Below are positions 44,029 to 53,914 of a stretch of DNA of 64,000 nucleotides, piece after piece. The stretch covers positions 65,501 through 129,500 of the IMG/VR virus record IMGVR_UViG_3300037245_004243. One strand, written 5' to 3'. A program made the position numbers and the translations under genes. Each line of letters begins with the position of its first letter. Within the stretch, counting starts at the first letter, position 1. Below the pieces are notes generated by a model. That model was not told where the DNA came from and made no database searches. It worked only from the letters and a program-made list of their open reading frames with translations. The stretch is from an uncultured virus (IMG/VR IMGVR_UViG_3300037245_004243). Taxonomy: Duplodnaviria; Heunggongvirae; Uroviricota; Caudoviricetes.

Positions 44029-44400
44029 ATGTCAAAAATCTGCCAATACCAATGTGGATCTTGTGGACGTAAATTTTGTAGGCTATGGACACAAGAACAA
44101 ATCGATACCGAGGTCTGCCCCGCCGAAGGCGAAGACCTATTCACCTGCCCTTGTGATTTATGTGGCGCCCAGGGAGTTGATTTAGATATGACGCCTTATA
44201 AAGTTTACATGGATGGCCACCTTGTTGGATACCTGATGCTGGAAACAATCAAGGAAATCCACGGGTCCAATATTTCTTTCATCGACCATATAAAGCGAGA
44301 GGTATTTGTGAGATATATAATCCCGCAGGATGTATGGGACGATATACCGCTCACCCCTTTACCGTATTATGGTATGCATCCAAAAAATGAAAATAAATGA
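44029..44400 (+). CDS. Zn-binding hypothetical
   Basis: CQYQCGSCG..CPCDLCG. Confidence 0.55.
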   Translation: MSKICQYQCGSCGRKFCRLWTQEQIDTEVCPAEGEDLFTCPCDLCGAQGVDLDMTPYKVYMDGHLVGYLMLETIKEIHGSNISFIDHIKREVFVRYIIPQDVWDDIPLTPLPYYGMHPKNENK

Positions 44401-44462
44401 AAATAAAGCTCAAGTTCTCTTGACATGTGCCGATAACAGTTATAGTATTAGAGAATAAACCA
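44400..44462 (+). promoter_or_regulatory. Composite promoter: TCAA-N15-GCCGATAA nested with TTGACA-N17-TAGTAT
   Basis: TCAA 44410, TTGACA 44420, GCCGATAA 44429, TAGTAT 44443. Confidence 0.75.
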
Positions 44463-44483
44463 AACGCAAAGGGAGAACTAAAT

Positions 44484-44918
44484 ATGAGAGCACTTACCGC
44501 AGCCATGCCAACCGTAAACGTAGACCACGCCGAAAACCTTATTTATCAAAATTATGCCAAAGGCAACGAAGCCCTGAAAGCCGAGGGACACGCCATTTTG
44601 AAAATAATAGTAAAAGCCGATGGTACAGTACGCGCCAGCAAGCCGAAAGTAAAGGATGCCTTGACCGGAAAAGCCGCCTACATTTGGAGAATGGTAGTAT
44701 TTTTGACTTCCCCGAAACCGGCACATTCCTGCATGCCTTGCACCTGCGATTGGGATCTTCCGGTAACCGACGAAAACGGCAAATGGCGATATTCCCTGGC
44801 CGCAGAAATGGCCAAGACTTTGAAACCCATCGAGGACGCCATTGTAGATAGCATCGACAAAAGCGAATGGCATGGCGTACAAACCTGGGGAAGGATTCTG
44901 GGAAACCCGACGGTATAA
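44484..44918 (+). CDS. Early hypothetical
   Basis: RBS GGGAG, ATG 44484 MRALTAAMP. Confidence 0.65.
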   Translation: MRALTAAMPTVNVDHAENLIYQNYAKGNEALKAEGHAILKIIVKADGTVRASKPKVKDALTGKAAYIWRMVVFLTSPKPAHSCMPCTCDWDLPVTDENGKWRYSLAAEMAKTLKPIEDAIVDSIDKSEWHGVQTWGRILGNPTV

Positions 44919-44945
44919 AAAAATCCACGTTAAGGAGAATTAATT

Positions 44946-45215
44946 ATGTACCGAAGCATTTTAAGTAAAAAGCCTAACCTTCAGGAATTCGAATTTGAAT
45001 GTAATGGATGTGGCCGGATATCATTCAGGCAGATCGATTGTCCCGTGACCGGAACCAAAGCCGGGGCCGGGTTCGAATACGTTTGCACAAAATGCCGGGG
45101 CACCCTAAAGCAAGTGTCTAAAACTTCTGGTGTATTAAATACCGGAAATTCTGGAGATGACAAGTCGGAATGCGACAGTGATTGTCCAAAATGTGAAAGA
45201 GACTGCATATTTTAA
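44946..45215 (+). CDS. Cys-rich zinc-ribbon hypothetical
   Basis: CNGCG..C..CTKC..CDSDCPKCERDC. Confidence 0.6.
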   Translation: MYRSILSKKPNLQEFEFECNGCGRISFRQIDCPVTGTKAGAGFEYVCTKCRGTLKQVSKTSGVLNTGNSGDDKSECDSDCPKCERDCIF

Positions 45216-45373
45216 ACGCAACTGATATGTTGCGCAACGTAAAAGTTGCGCAACACAGGAATGAAAATGAAAGAAGACCCAAGATATGACAAAGGAATTT
45301 CGACATGGACGTTGGTAGGCATATGGGTATTTATTGCCGCCGCCGCCGGATTTATTTTAACTTGGAGGTTCTG

Positions 45374-45697
45374 ATGAATTTTTTCATACCGAAAGACAAA
45401 ACAATACTCCCTTTGATGACGACGCCCAATATGTCTTTCAAAGGATCACCCTGCTGCCCGTTATGCGAGGCCGGACATAAGCCAACCATAATAAAAAGGA
45501 GAATGAAGAAAATGTATAGAATGACATTAATGAGCGGTAAATGGTATTCTGTGGAAATCAACAATATTGATGACGACATAGAAAACATAACCGACTTTAT
45601 TGAATCTGGCGATATTGTTGCTTTAACCGACGATATCGACTGGTTCGCTGAAGAAATTGGTGTTGAGCGAAATGAGATCATCGAGGTCGAAATATAG
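45374..45697 (+). CDS. Early hypothetical (possibly second start at 45512)
   Basis: RBS GGAGG; CCPLC; acidic C-half. Confidence 0.5.
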   Translation: MNFFIPKDKTILPLMTTPNMSFKGSPCCPLCEAGHKPTIIKRRMKKMYRMTLMSGKWYSVEINNIDDDIENITDFIESGDIVALTDDIDWFAEEIGVERNEIIEVEI

Positions 45698-45710
45698 TTT
45701 CAAATAATCG

Positions 45711-45773
45711 AAAATAAAGCTCAAGTTATTTTTCAAAGTGCCGAAATCATTAATAACAGCGAGAGATAAACCA
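45711..45773 (+). promoter_or_regulatory. Early promoter cassette copy, sigma28-like (TCAA-N15-GCCGAAAT)
   Basis: Two mismatches versus 40717-40779. Confidence 0.7.
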
Positions 45774-45799
45774 ACAACCAAAACCGAGAGGTAAATAAT

Positions 45800-46036
45800 A
45801 TGACTAACGCAAAAAACAATACCGAAAACACCGCAGACAGACGCTTTGCCGCCGATTCAGCCTTCACCGATAACTGGATGGCAAAAGCCTTTAAAGTAGA
45901 GCAAGAAGAAATGCGGGCCGAGGCCAATTTGAATAACGCCCTCATCCGCCACGACCGCCACCGGATGGAAGACCATCGCGCGAGCCGGGTAAACTTTTCC
46001 GACGCAGAAGAAGCCGCGATAACTTCACCGAGATAA
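45800..46036 (+). CDS. Early hypothetical
   Basis: RBS GAGGT; directly behind promoter cassette. Confidence 0.6.
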   Translation: MTNAKNNTENTADRRFAADSAFTDNWMAKAFKVEQEEMRAEANLNNALIRHDRHRMEDHRASRVNFSDAEEAAITSPR

Positions 46037-46243
46037 GCAGCAACGCCCTTAGATGAACCCATCGGACTATATTCCCGAGAAAGCATCTAAGGGCAAGTAT
46101 ACAAGAAATTGTATAAAATCAATCAAAAAATTGTACAGAAAGGGGACTGCGATATGGATTACAACGTAAAAGATACCTTGTAGGCACTTCAGCCACTACA
46201 AGAGGGCCGGGAGCTTCGAACAAACCGGCCATAGGAGACTACA

Positions 46244-46444
46244 ATGGACTTTTATATTGGAAACTTAATTCTCGCAACTAACTACAAACCAGTCTGGACT
46301 TGCTGGCACCGTAAAACCGTAAGCGCCGACGTTCAGGCGCATAAACGCCGCGCACGCCGGACCTACAAACATTACCTTAAAACTGGCTGTATTAGCGATT
46401 ACAACCGCAGCCAACGCAAACTAACTAATCGGGATTTTGATTAA
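46244..46444 (+). CDS. Small Arg-rich hypothetical
   Basis: RBS AGGAG; HKRRARRTYKHYL. Confidence 0.55.
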   Translation: MDFYIGNLILATNYKPVWTCWHRKTVSADVQAHKRRARRTYKHYLKTGCISDYNRSQRKLTNRDFD

Positions 46445-46460
46445 AAGGAGAATTAAAAAA

Positions 46461-46730
46461 ATGACACCAGTACAAATTGACGTTTTATTATACTACCACT
46501 GCCACTTTGACCATCACCCGAAAGTAATCGAACGGGCCGAATCATATGTCAGAGCCCTGAATGGATGGAAAGACCAGGGAGTTTTAAAAGAAACTTCGAC
46601 GAAGACAGGCGGGTCGATTTCTGACGCAAGGACGCAAGGATATACGACAACGGAAAAGGGCCGGGCATTGATTGAAATGCTATGCGCCACGCCGATGCCG
46701 GTTATGGTTTACGCTGATCCACGAGGATAA
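46461..46730 (+). CDS. Small hypothetical, winged-helix-like
   Basis: RBS AAGGAG; GVL...YTTTEKGRALIE. Confidence 0.55.
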   Translation: MTPVQIDVLLYYHCHFDHHPKVIERAESYVRALNGWKDQGVLKETSTKTGGSISDARTQGYTTTEKGRALIEMLCATPMPVMVYADPRG

Positions 46731-46732
46731 AA

Positions 46733-47338
46733 ATGAGCGAATTAAAATATAGTAAAACACATAGTCCATACATCGAGCTGGTCGACGCCGAAGGAAAAAC
46801 TTACGGGACGATAATTTTCTCCCGTATCACATCGACCAGCGCCGGGTATAAATATTTTTGCTTCACACATCAATATACCAATTCTGTGGTATCAAAAACA
46901 GGCAAAGGCGACAATGCTCGATCCAGAATTACCGAGGTCGACGTCAATGAAAGTTGCACTTTCAATATGAAAATGAAACGGGCCGGGAAATCGGGTGTGC
47001 CGCAGGGAATGATACCGCGCCGCCTGGTTGATTGGATTGTTGCGCTCTTCAGCGAGTATACGGTTGATGGGATAATGCCATATGACGCCATTCCCGCTAT
47101 TGGATTGATTGTTGCCGAGATGGATATAGATAAAATATTAGTGACCGACTGTGAACGCGTCCGAGCCGCCAAGAAAAAAATCAGAGTAGAAAAGGTTCAG
47201 GCCAAGCTCGCCGCCGAAGATAAAGCCGAAATTGAAGAGCAGATCATCAGGGACGATTACAAAAACATGCCGCGCCGTGACGCGCTCGAGGCTGAGTCGG
47301 TAAAAAAGAAAGTCGTAAAATTGTCGGAGGTATTTTGA
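46733..47338 (+). CDS. Early hypothetical
   Basis: ORF track, coupled to neighbours. Confidence 0.6.
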   Translation: MSELKYSKTHSPYIELVDAEGKTYGTIIFSRITSTSAGYKYFCFTHQYTNSVVSKTGKGDNARSRITEVDVNESCTFNMKMKRAGKSGVPQGMIPRRLVDWIVALFSEYTVDGIMPYDAIPAIGLIVAEMDIDKILVTDCERVRAAKKKIRVEKVQAKLAAEDKAEIEEQIIRDDYKNMPRRDALEAESVKKKVVKLSEVF

Positions 47339-47700
47339 TGAAAGATGATAAATGTGAATGGTGTTTATCCGGCCAGGATTTTTTATTTAAATATGATAAA
47401 TGGTGGATATGTTCAGAATGCCTTGATATGGCCGAAAAATATACGAAATGCGACACAGACATTACCACCAATTTGAACCGACAAGATCTTGGGGCGGTAT
47501 GCGCCGCAATTGAAGCCGATGAAGTCGATTGGGATGGAGGTCCTATGGAACCTCTGCCGGGGTCAGCATATGGGACCTTTTCCTGGGACGGCAAAAAATA
47601 CGAACTTATTAAAACTGATGAAGTCATCACCAATATTAAATTAATCGCAAAAAAACTTCCGCGATTCGTGAATCACGGATTTTGTTACTCCCGATATTAA
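47335..47700 (+). CDS. Hypothetical with CxxC..CxxC
   Basis: CEWC..ICSEC. Confidence 0.55.
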   Translation: MMKDDKCEWCLSGQDFLFKYDKWWICSECLDMAEKYTKCDTDITTNLNRQDLGAVCAAIEADEVDWDGGPMEPLPGSAYGTFSWDGKKYELIKTDEVITNIKLIAKKLPRFVNHGFCYSRY

Positions 47701-47702
47701 TC

Positions 47703-47852
47703 ATGAGCAAACGAAAGAAAAAAATAATTGTGAACAAGGAACTGGCCGAGAGTCAGAAATTACCTGTTCGCATCCCTTCCGCTAAACCTACCGAATTTCA
47801 TAAGGATAAATCCAAATACGACCGCCGCCAAGAAAAATCCATCCCTGAATAA
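47703..47852 (+). CDS. 49-aa basic micro-protein
   Basis: Below cutoff; MSKRKKK...PVRIPSAKPTEFHKDKSKYDRR. Confidence 0.5.
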   Translation: MSKRKKKIIVNKELAESQKLPVRIPSAKPTEFHKDKSKYDRRQEKSIPE

Positions 47853-47862
47853 ATCCCTTCTT

Positions 47863-47892
47863 TTGACAGTAAACCTCTCGAAATGGTATAAT
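47863..47892 (+). promoter_or_regulatory. Sigma70 promoter for gp55 (TTGACA-N18-TGgTATAAT)
   Basis: Consensus hexamers with extended -10. Confidence 0.75.
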
Positions 47893-47928
47893 GGTTGCAT
47901 ACATTCTAATTCGGAGAGGATCAGCTAA

Positions 47929-48339
47929 ATGTCGAAAAAGCAAGGGAAATATTACGTTAAGAACAAGGAGATGTTGGAAGCCATTATGCGAATGAAGGAG
48001 ACCGGTATCATCGGTGAAGATCTGCATCTAATGTTTTATAAAATGGCGCAGAGTATAGGCACAAAGCCGAGATTTTCGGGGTATACCTGGATCGAGGATA
48101 TGATATCGGATGCATATTTAAAATGCTGCATCAAAGCGGATAAATTTAAACCCGAGAAAACAAACAATCCATTCGGGTATTTTACCACGGTTATTATTCA
48201 TCACTTTTGGGATGCTCTGGCCGGAGAAAACAGACAGAAAAATATCAAGGAAAAACTGCGGGATGACCAAATAAGCCAGATATATCACCGCTATGGAATT
48301 CAATTTAAAGTCGGTAATTCTGGAACCCGGCAAGATTAA
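47929..48339 (+). CDS. gp55: Late-transcription sigma factor gp55
   Basis: YYVKNKEML, KPRFSGYTW.EDMISDA..C...KF.PEK.NNPFGYFT..I..F...E.RQ..IK. Confidence 0.92.
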   Translation: MSKKQGKYYVKNKEMLEAIMRMKETGIIGEDLHLMFYKMAQSIGTKPRFSGYTWIEDMISDAYLKCCIKADKFKPEKTNNPFGYFTTVIIHHFWDALAGENRQKNIKEKLRDDQISQIYHRYGIQFKVGNSGTRQD

Positions 48340-48350
48340 GGAGAATCATC

Positions 48351-48749
48351 ATGACAGGCACCGATACGTTAATTAAGGAAATTGAATTAGTGATGTTGGT
48401 TGTGGATATCAGGGAATTAACCGAGAAGACGATTGTTAGCGCAAAATCGTTACCGTCGCCGGGGCCGTATGGTCAACCGGATTTAGAATTTCAGGTAATG
48501 GCCATCACTGAAATGTTGAAAGCGGTCAAAATCGAAGTGGCCAACGCGCCCGTTATGATACCGGACGGTTACGAGCAACCAATTGTGATGCAGACACGCC
48601 GCCTGGGTGAAACCGAAATGGTGACAATTCCCAAAGGATGTGATACAATATACCTTTACAATTGGTTCACCCTGGCCGATCTGATGACCCAGGAAAAATC
48701 GCAAATGATACGCCTCGCATTTGTTGGGGAAGGGAAACAGATAACATGA
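48351..48749 (+). CDS. Hypothetical
   Basis: RBS AAGGAG; ORF track. Confidence 0.55.
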   Translation: MTGTDTLIKEIELVMLVVDIRELTEKTIVSAKSLPSPGPYGQPDLEFQVMAITEMLKAVKIEVANAPVMIPDGYEQPIVMQTRRLGETEMVTIPKGCDTIYLYNWFTLADLMTQEKSQMIRLAFVGEGKQIT

Positions 48750-49201
48750 AAGAAGCAAAACCCAGGATAATATTGATGAGTGGACTACCACAAAGTGGGA
48801 AATCCACCGAGGCCAGAATGATGAAAAGCCCTATTGTTAGCCGGGACGCCATTCGTAAAACCATCGGGGGTGCCATCCGATATTATAAAGAAGAAAAACG
48901 GGTGACCGAAATAGAACACCTTATGGTTGAAAGCCTAATCAATGCCGGGCATTCTGAAGTGATCATCGATGCTTGTCACCTGAAAGTAACATACCGGAAC
49001 GCATGGCAAAAATTCGTCGATCACCGGGATTACGATATGCACGTTTTCAATGTCATGACCAGCCTCGAAACCTGCGTCTCCAGGGCAAAACGGAATTTTC
49101 CTGATAATCCCGATTTTCCTGCCGTGATATTCCGGATGTGGAAAAAGTCAGCAATGACCATCGGAGCAATACCCGAAAAACAATCAGATAATTGGATGTA
49201 A
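48746..49201 (+). CDS. P-loop kinase (AAA_33 / polynucleotide-kinase-like domain)
   Basis: IILMSGLPQSGKST, IVSRDAIR, VIIDAC, SLETC..R. Confidence 0.8.
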   Translation: MKEAKPRIILMSGLPQSGKSTEARMMKSPIVSRDAIRKTIGGAIRYYKEEKRVTEIEHLMVESLINAGHSEVIIDACHLKVTYRNAWQKFVDHRDYDMHVFNVMTSLETCVSRAKRNFPDNPDFPAVIFRMWKKSAMTIGAIPEKQSDNWM

Positions 49202-49251
49202 TTTTTTGCCCCAAATACGACGCACTATTTGGGGCAAAAAGGAGAAAATTT

Positions 49252-50277
49252 ATGGGCAAAACAGTTGTTATTGGTGATTTACACTTTGGTATCAAGATGG
49301 CTGATGAACGCTTTCTCGGATATCAAATAGAGGAATGGAAAAAATTCATAAACGGGTATTGCCTGGTGAACGATGTCAACCAATTAATAATCTTGGGTGA
49401 CTTTTTCGACAATCGGAATTATCTGTCGGTAAAAATGCTCGATACCGTGAGAACGCAAATTTTCAAGTATGATATGGATATCGTTTTGCTTGTTGGTAAC
49501 CACGATACTCTTTATCGGAATACGAACGCCGTCAGCTCACCGCGCCTGATATTTGGAACACATGATAATATCCAGATAATCGATACCGTCAAAGAGATGT
49601 ATATTGATGACGTCAAATGCCTGATGCTGCCCTGGATAAATAAAGAAAATTACAACAAATCCATTGCCGCCGTGAAGAAAACTGAGGCCGAGTATTGTTT
49701 CGCGCATTTGGCATTGAATGAATTTGAGATGACCTCCGGAATCAAATGCACCACCGGGCTTAACGCCTCCCTCTTTAAAAAATTCAAAGGGGTGTTTACC
49801 GGGCATTTTCATCTGGTCCAGGATGTGGGCAATATCCATTATTTGGGCTCATTTTATCAGACGACCTGGACCGACTGCGGGGATCAAAAGCGAATTTATG
49901 TGGTGGAAGATGGGTTTGAATTGTCGCCGGTACCAATAACCAGGCAAATTTTCAAGAAAATCTATTTGACGAAAGAAGAGCCAATAACCCAGGAAATTAT
50001 CGATTCTGTAGCAGATTGTTACGTTAAAGTCTATTTAAGTTACAAAATGACGGCAAAAGAAGATAAACTTTTGTCAAAATTGTTGGATTGTGCTATAAAT
50101 GTGGATGTAATCGATTTGCGCCTATTACTTGAGGAAGATGGCCGGGATGTGACCGAAGAGGATTTTCTGGAAATATTCAACGGTTTTATGGAACTTCAGG
50201 AAGACCTTGATGAGGAACTGAAGACCGCAGTATCAAATTTGATTCAAAAAACTTATAATGAGGCATTGGAGAAATAA
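49252..50277 (+). CDS. gp47: Recombination endonuclease gp47 (Mre11/SbcD-like)
   Basis: IGDLHFG, LGDFFDNR, VGNHD, LPWI, AHL, GHFH, YLGS.YQ.TW.D. Confidence 0.95.
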   Translation: MGKTVVIGDLHFGIKMADERFLGYQIEEWKKFINGYCLVNDVNQLIILGDFFDNRNYLSVKMLDTVRTQIFKYDMDIVLLVGNHDTLYRNTNAVSSPRLIFGTHDNIQIIDTVKEMYIDDVKCLMLPWINKENYNKSIAAVKKTEAEYCFAHLALNEFEMTSGIKCTTGLNASLFKKFKGVFTGHFHLVQDVGNIHYLGSFYQTTWTDCGDQKRIYVVEDGFELSPVPITRQIFKKIYLTKEEPITQEIIDSVADCYVKVYLSYKMTAKEDKLLSKLLDCAINVDVIDLRLLLEEDGRDVTEEDFLEIFNGFMELQEDLDEELKTAVSNLIQKTYNEALEK

Positions 50278-50279
50278 TA

Positions 50280-50462
50280 ATGGATAGAAAAATTAAGCAT
50301 GAAGTGGATTGCACTCATATGGTTGCCCATTTGGAAGACCTGCTGCCAGATCGGCGTCAGATTCATTATCAATGGGAAATTACCGAAGATATACAAGAGC
50401 ACGCCCCAAATCTGGAATGGGGATGGTTTGGGTTTATTCCAATGGTAATCTATAGATCATAA
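50280..50462 (+). CDS. Small hypothetical
   Basis: ORF track, coupled to gp47. Confidence 0.45.
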   Translation: MDRKIKHEVDCTHMVAHLEDLLPDRRQIHYQWEITEDIQEHAPNLEWGWFGFIPMVIYRS

Positions 50463-50627
50463 AAAGAAACTATAGTTTATGCGATTTATAAAACATATTA
50501 TAAACGGATATCGATTATACAAAAGGGCCAAAGCCGGGAAGAGCGCTCTTCCCGTTGACGATGCTGGCTCAATAGTATATGATTTAATTTGGAAATTGAT
50601 AACGCCAAAAAGGTGGTATATTAAAAA

Positions 50628-52835
50628 ATGAGATTCAAAAGTATTCGATGGAGAAATTTGTTTTCATATGGCAAAAAGTGGACCGAGATAGACCTGGACA
50701 GCAATTTGGCCATAAACATCATCGGCAAAAACGGTGACGGAAAATCAGTATTAGTTGAGGCCTTTTATTTTGCCTTGACCGGGAAACCCCTGCGGAAGTG
50801 CAAAAAATCCACAATCGTCAACATATTCAATAAAAAGGATTGCCTGGTCGAACTGAAAGTCGAAGCGGGGAGTCATCGATTTTTGATTATTCGCGGGGTA
50901 AAACCGAATGTATTCCTTATTTTTAAAGATGGCGCCAATGAACCACTTGATGAAAGCGCGATGATGATAGACACGCAGACTTATCTTGAGACTGTGTTGG
51001 GGTATACGCCTAAGAATTTAAAACATACGCTCATCATGTCGACCACCGATTATCAGCCTTTCCTGCGCCTCCCTGCCGCCGATAAACGCCTATTTGTAGA
51101 GGATATCTTGTCCATTGAAATATTCTCCATAATGAATAAGCTGGTCAAAGCCAAACTTTCAATTTTGAAAGACGAGATCAGGGATAATGTCACCGATATC
51201 GAAAAGCTGCAATATAAACTGAATATGATTCTGGAATATAACAAGCAGCAGCAGGAAAACGATGACGACGAACTCGCTGAACATCGCCAGAACATCATCG
51301 ATGAAAAATTATCACTTTCAAAGGAAGTCGAAAGTATAGAATTGCGATTGAAAGCCAGCATTAAAACGGAGCAAAAATCCCTGACCGAAACCCTGAGCAA
51401 GGTAGAAGAAAATTCTGCTTATACCGTCAAAGCAGAGAAGGCCGCTTTGAAAACTGATATCGAGCATTTGAAATTAAAAGCCAAAGTGTTGAAAGAAACA
51501 CTGGCCGAATGCAAAGCAAATAGTCTTATATTAGCCGGACGGGTAGACGATCAAAAGACCGCCGCCGAGAAACTTACTGAAGAAAAAAGTGTGCATGCGA
51601 CCGCTCATACCATCCATTCCGGAAAATATGATGGTGATATTGCGAAATACGAGACCGGAAAGAAAAACGGATCGGACGCCCAATTAAAATTAAAAATTAA
51701 ATTGGAGTCAAAGCAGGAAGATCTCAATTATTATTATGAGACCGATGAATGCACCGAGTGCAAGCAACCAATCGATCCAAAATTTAAAACGGATCAATTG
51801 GCTGGATTAGAAGATGAAATCAAAGCCCTGCAATTGAAGTCTGCCAAGATAAAATCGGAACTGAATAAGGTCGAGAAATTCAAGCATCGAATCGAAAAAT
51901 TTAAGGTAGACAAAATTACGCCACTGAATGAAAAGGTCAGAGAACTGGAAGACAGATTGGTGGATCTAAAAGTATCCTGGGGCGATGATGAGACTGAAAT
52001 AAAAGTAACGGAGCAAAAAGAAATTGCGTGTCGAAAGCAAATGGCCACTTTTAAGGAATCCAGCAATAAGCTAAAGGTTGATGCCGCCGCGAGGATTACC
52101 GGATATGAAAACACCGATGTTATAATCGATGACATGAAGGCAAAGTCAAAATACCGCACCGACCGTATTCATACCGAAACGGCAGACAGAATCACAAATT
52201 GTAATGCCGATACAAAGCGCCGGATCACCGGGTATAAAAATAAAATCGAAACCCTGGAAAGTAAAGAACGGGGTAACATAAAGGATGAACTGGCGCCGGG
52301 CCGGGATGTCGAAGAGGCCGAGGCCAAGAAAAAAGCCTTAACATTCAAAAAGCTGGTCTATGATGTCACCATAAGAATCCTTTCGGATAAAGGAATAAAA
52401 ACCTATATCATCAAACGGTATATTCCGAAACTGAATAATTTAGTCAACGTTTACCTGGAGATTTTATCTGCACCATATAAGCTATCATTTAATGAAGAAC
52501 TCGAGGAGAAAATAGCACTCCAAGGGTATGACAATCTTTCATATGATAATTTTTCAATGGGCGAGCGCCAACGATGTGATATCGCCATGCTTTTTTCCTT
52601 TCTCGATATCGGCAAAATGAAAAATTCTGTTGCATCCAATCTACTTCTAATGGATGAGATATTCGACCGGAGTCTGGACGATGACGGGATTGTGGGCATA
52701 ATAAATATTATCGAAAGCATGAAAGCAAAGGGATATACGATTATTAATATCTCGCATAAACATCAATTGGCTGATAAATTTGACGAGACTTATCGGGCAA
52801 GCAAAGACAAATTTTCGAGACTGGATAAAATATGA
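50628..52835 (+). CDS. gp46: Recombination ATPase gp46 (Rad50/SbcC-like)
   Basis: W.N.FSYG, GKNGDGKS, CTECKQ zinc hook, FSMGERQR, LMDEIFD..LD, ISHK. Confidence 0.95.
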   Translation: MRFKSIRWRNLFSYGKKWTEIDLDSNLAINIIGKNGDGKSVLVEAFYFALTGKPLRKCKKSTIVNIFNKKDCLVELKVEAGSHRFLIIRGVKPNVFLIFKDGANEPLDESAMMIDTQTYLETVLGYTPKNLKHTLIMSTTDYQPFLRLPAADKRLFVEDILSIEIFSIMNKLVKAKLSILKDEIRDNVTDIEKLQYKLNMILEYNKQQQENDDDELAEHRQNIIDEKLSLSKEVESIELRLKASIKTEQKSLTETLSKVEENSAYTVKAEKAALKTDIEHLKLKAKVLKETLAECKANSLILAGRVDDQKTAAEKLTEEKSVHATAHTIHSGKYDGDIAKYETGKKNGSDAQLKLKIKLESKQEDLNYYYETDECTECKQPIDPKFKTDQLAGLEDEIKALQLKSAKIKSELNKVEKFKHRIEKFKVDKITPLNEKVRELEDRLVDLKVSWGDDETEIKVTEQKEIACRKQMATFKESSNKLKVDAAARITGYENTDVIIDDMKAKSKYRTDRIHTETADRITNCNADTKRRITGYKNKIETLESKERGNIKDELAPGRDVEEAEAKKKALTFKKLVYDVTIRILSDKGIKTYIIKRYIPKLNNLVNVYLEILSAPYKLSFNEELEEKIALQGYDNLSYDNFSMGERQRCDIAMLFSFLDIGKMKNSVASNLLLMDEIFDRSLDDDGIVGIINIIESMKAKGYTIINISHKHQLADKFDETYRASKDKFSRLDKI

Positions 52836-53059
52836 GACACTGGATGATCAAAATAGATAATGAATTTGTTCGATATATTCTCCCTGGAATTATTCTCCAG
52901 GGAGAAGAATTGGACCTGCAGAAATTGATGCGAGATCCCGCATATGTAAAGAAAATAGGCGTGCCGGATTCATGTATTTTCAGCAGGTATGGTTTGATTC
53001 CTTTGGAGATAGCCGAAAAATATTTTAAACAATTGGCACTTACCGGAGACCCGAAATGA
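52832..53059 (+). CDS. Small hypothetical
   Basis: ATGA overlap with gp46. Confidence 0.5.
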   Translation: MRHWMIKIDNEFVRYILPGIILQGEELDLQKLMRDPAYVKKIGVPDSCIFSRYGLIPLEIAEKYFKQLALTGDPK

Positions 53060-53123
53060 AATGCGTTATAATGGGTAATATAATGGACGTTAACCCACTT
53101 ATGGACCACTATGGGGAACTATA

Positions 53124-53489
53124 ATGGACATTGTGAATACAATAGTTAATAAAATTCGGCATCAAAGCCAATGGATTATTGGACAAGATGATATGTATCA
53201 ACCATTCTATCCCGATCAATACGAAATAATTGACGCTTTGAACAAAGCCGGGGTGTTTATGGATGTTATCATATCCACGGGGGTTTTGCTTGAAGGCAAC
53301 GACTCAATACTGGCCAAATCAAGTCTTTTCAAAGTGGGTGACATATTTCACAAATTAAAAGAAAATAAATCGATATTATTTTATTTTTGGGCGATACAGC
53401 CATGCGGAATGGTCAAACTTCGGTATGCCAAAAGTTCAAAAATTATACGACCATTACAACGATACAGGAAGGAACTAAATAGTGAATGA
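53124..53489 (+). CDS. Hypothetical
   Basis: ORF track. Confidence 0.5.
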   Translation: MDIVNTIVNKIRHQSQWIIGQDDMYQPFYPDQYEIIDALNKAGVFMDVIISTGVLLEGNDSILAKSSLFKVGDIFHKLKENKSILFYFWAIQPCGMVKLRYAKSSKIIRPLQRYRKELNSE

Positions 53490-53880
53490 TAGATGGGATG
53501 AAGAATGGGATATGGCAAATGGTGTGAAACTCGAGCCGTATTGCTTTGACGCATATCAGGAAGATTGCCGTCATACCGATGTTGGAACTTCCGCGCAGGA
53601 TTTAATGAAGCCGGGATGGTTATATTATGTTCTTGGAATCGGGGAAGAGGCCGGGGAAATCCTGGGAAAAATTAAGAAACTTTTCCGCGACCGGGGAGGC
53701 GTCATCGATAACGTTTTCAAGGCATTGCTTATAAAAGAATGCGGGGACGTGCTTTGGTACATGGCCAGGTTGCTTGACCATTTCGATATTCCATTCAGTG
53801 TGGTCGCCGCCACAAACAAGGAAAAACTTATTGACCGAATGGAACGGGGAGTGCTTCACGGGGACGGAGACGATAGATAA
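53482..53880 (+). CDS. mazG: MazG-like NTP pyrophosphohydrolase
   Basis: YQ..T..YYVLGIGEEAGEI..KIKK..RD..KECGDVLWY..N..KL..R..RG.L.GDGDDR. Confidence 0.9.
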   Translation: MNDRWDEEWDMANGVKLEPYCFDAYQEDCRHTDVGTSAQDLMKPGWLYYVLGIGEEAGEILGKIKKLFRDRGGVIDNVFKALLIKECGDVLWYMARLLDHFDIPFSVVAATNKEKLIDRMERGVLHGDGDDR

Positions 53881-53914
53881 ATAAATATAAAACAGAAAAT
53901 TATGGAGATGATCG

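Noticed and set aside
40717-45773. 63-bp repeats as CRISPR repeats, IS ends or att sites
   Set aside because: They are dispersed, always lie directly upstream of an RBS and gene, are not palindromic, and no transposase or integrase is present; a promoter explanation fits better.
50628-52835. gp46 longer than expected, possible intein
   Set aside because: The extra length is coiled coil on both sides of the CxxC hook; no intein C/S...HN or LAGLIDADG motifs seen.
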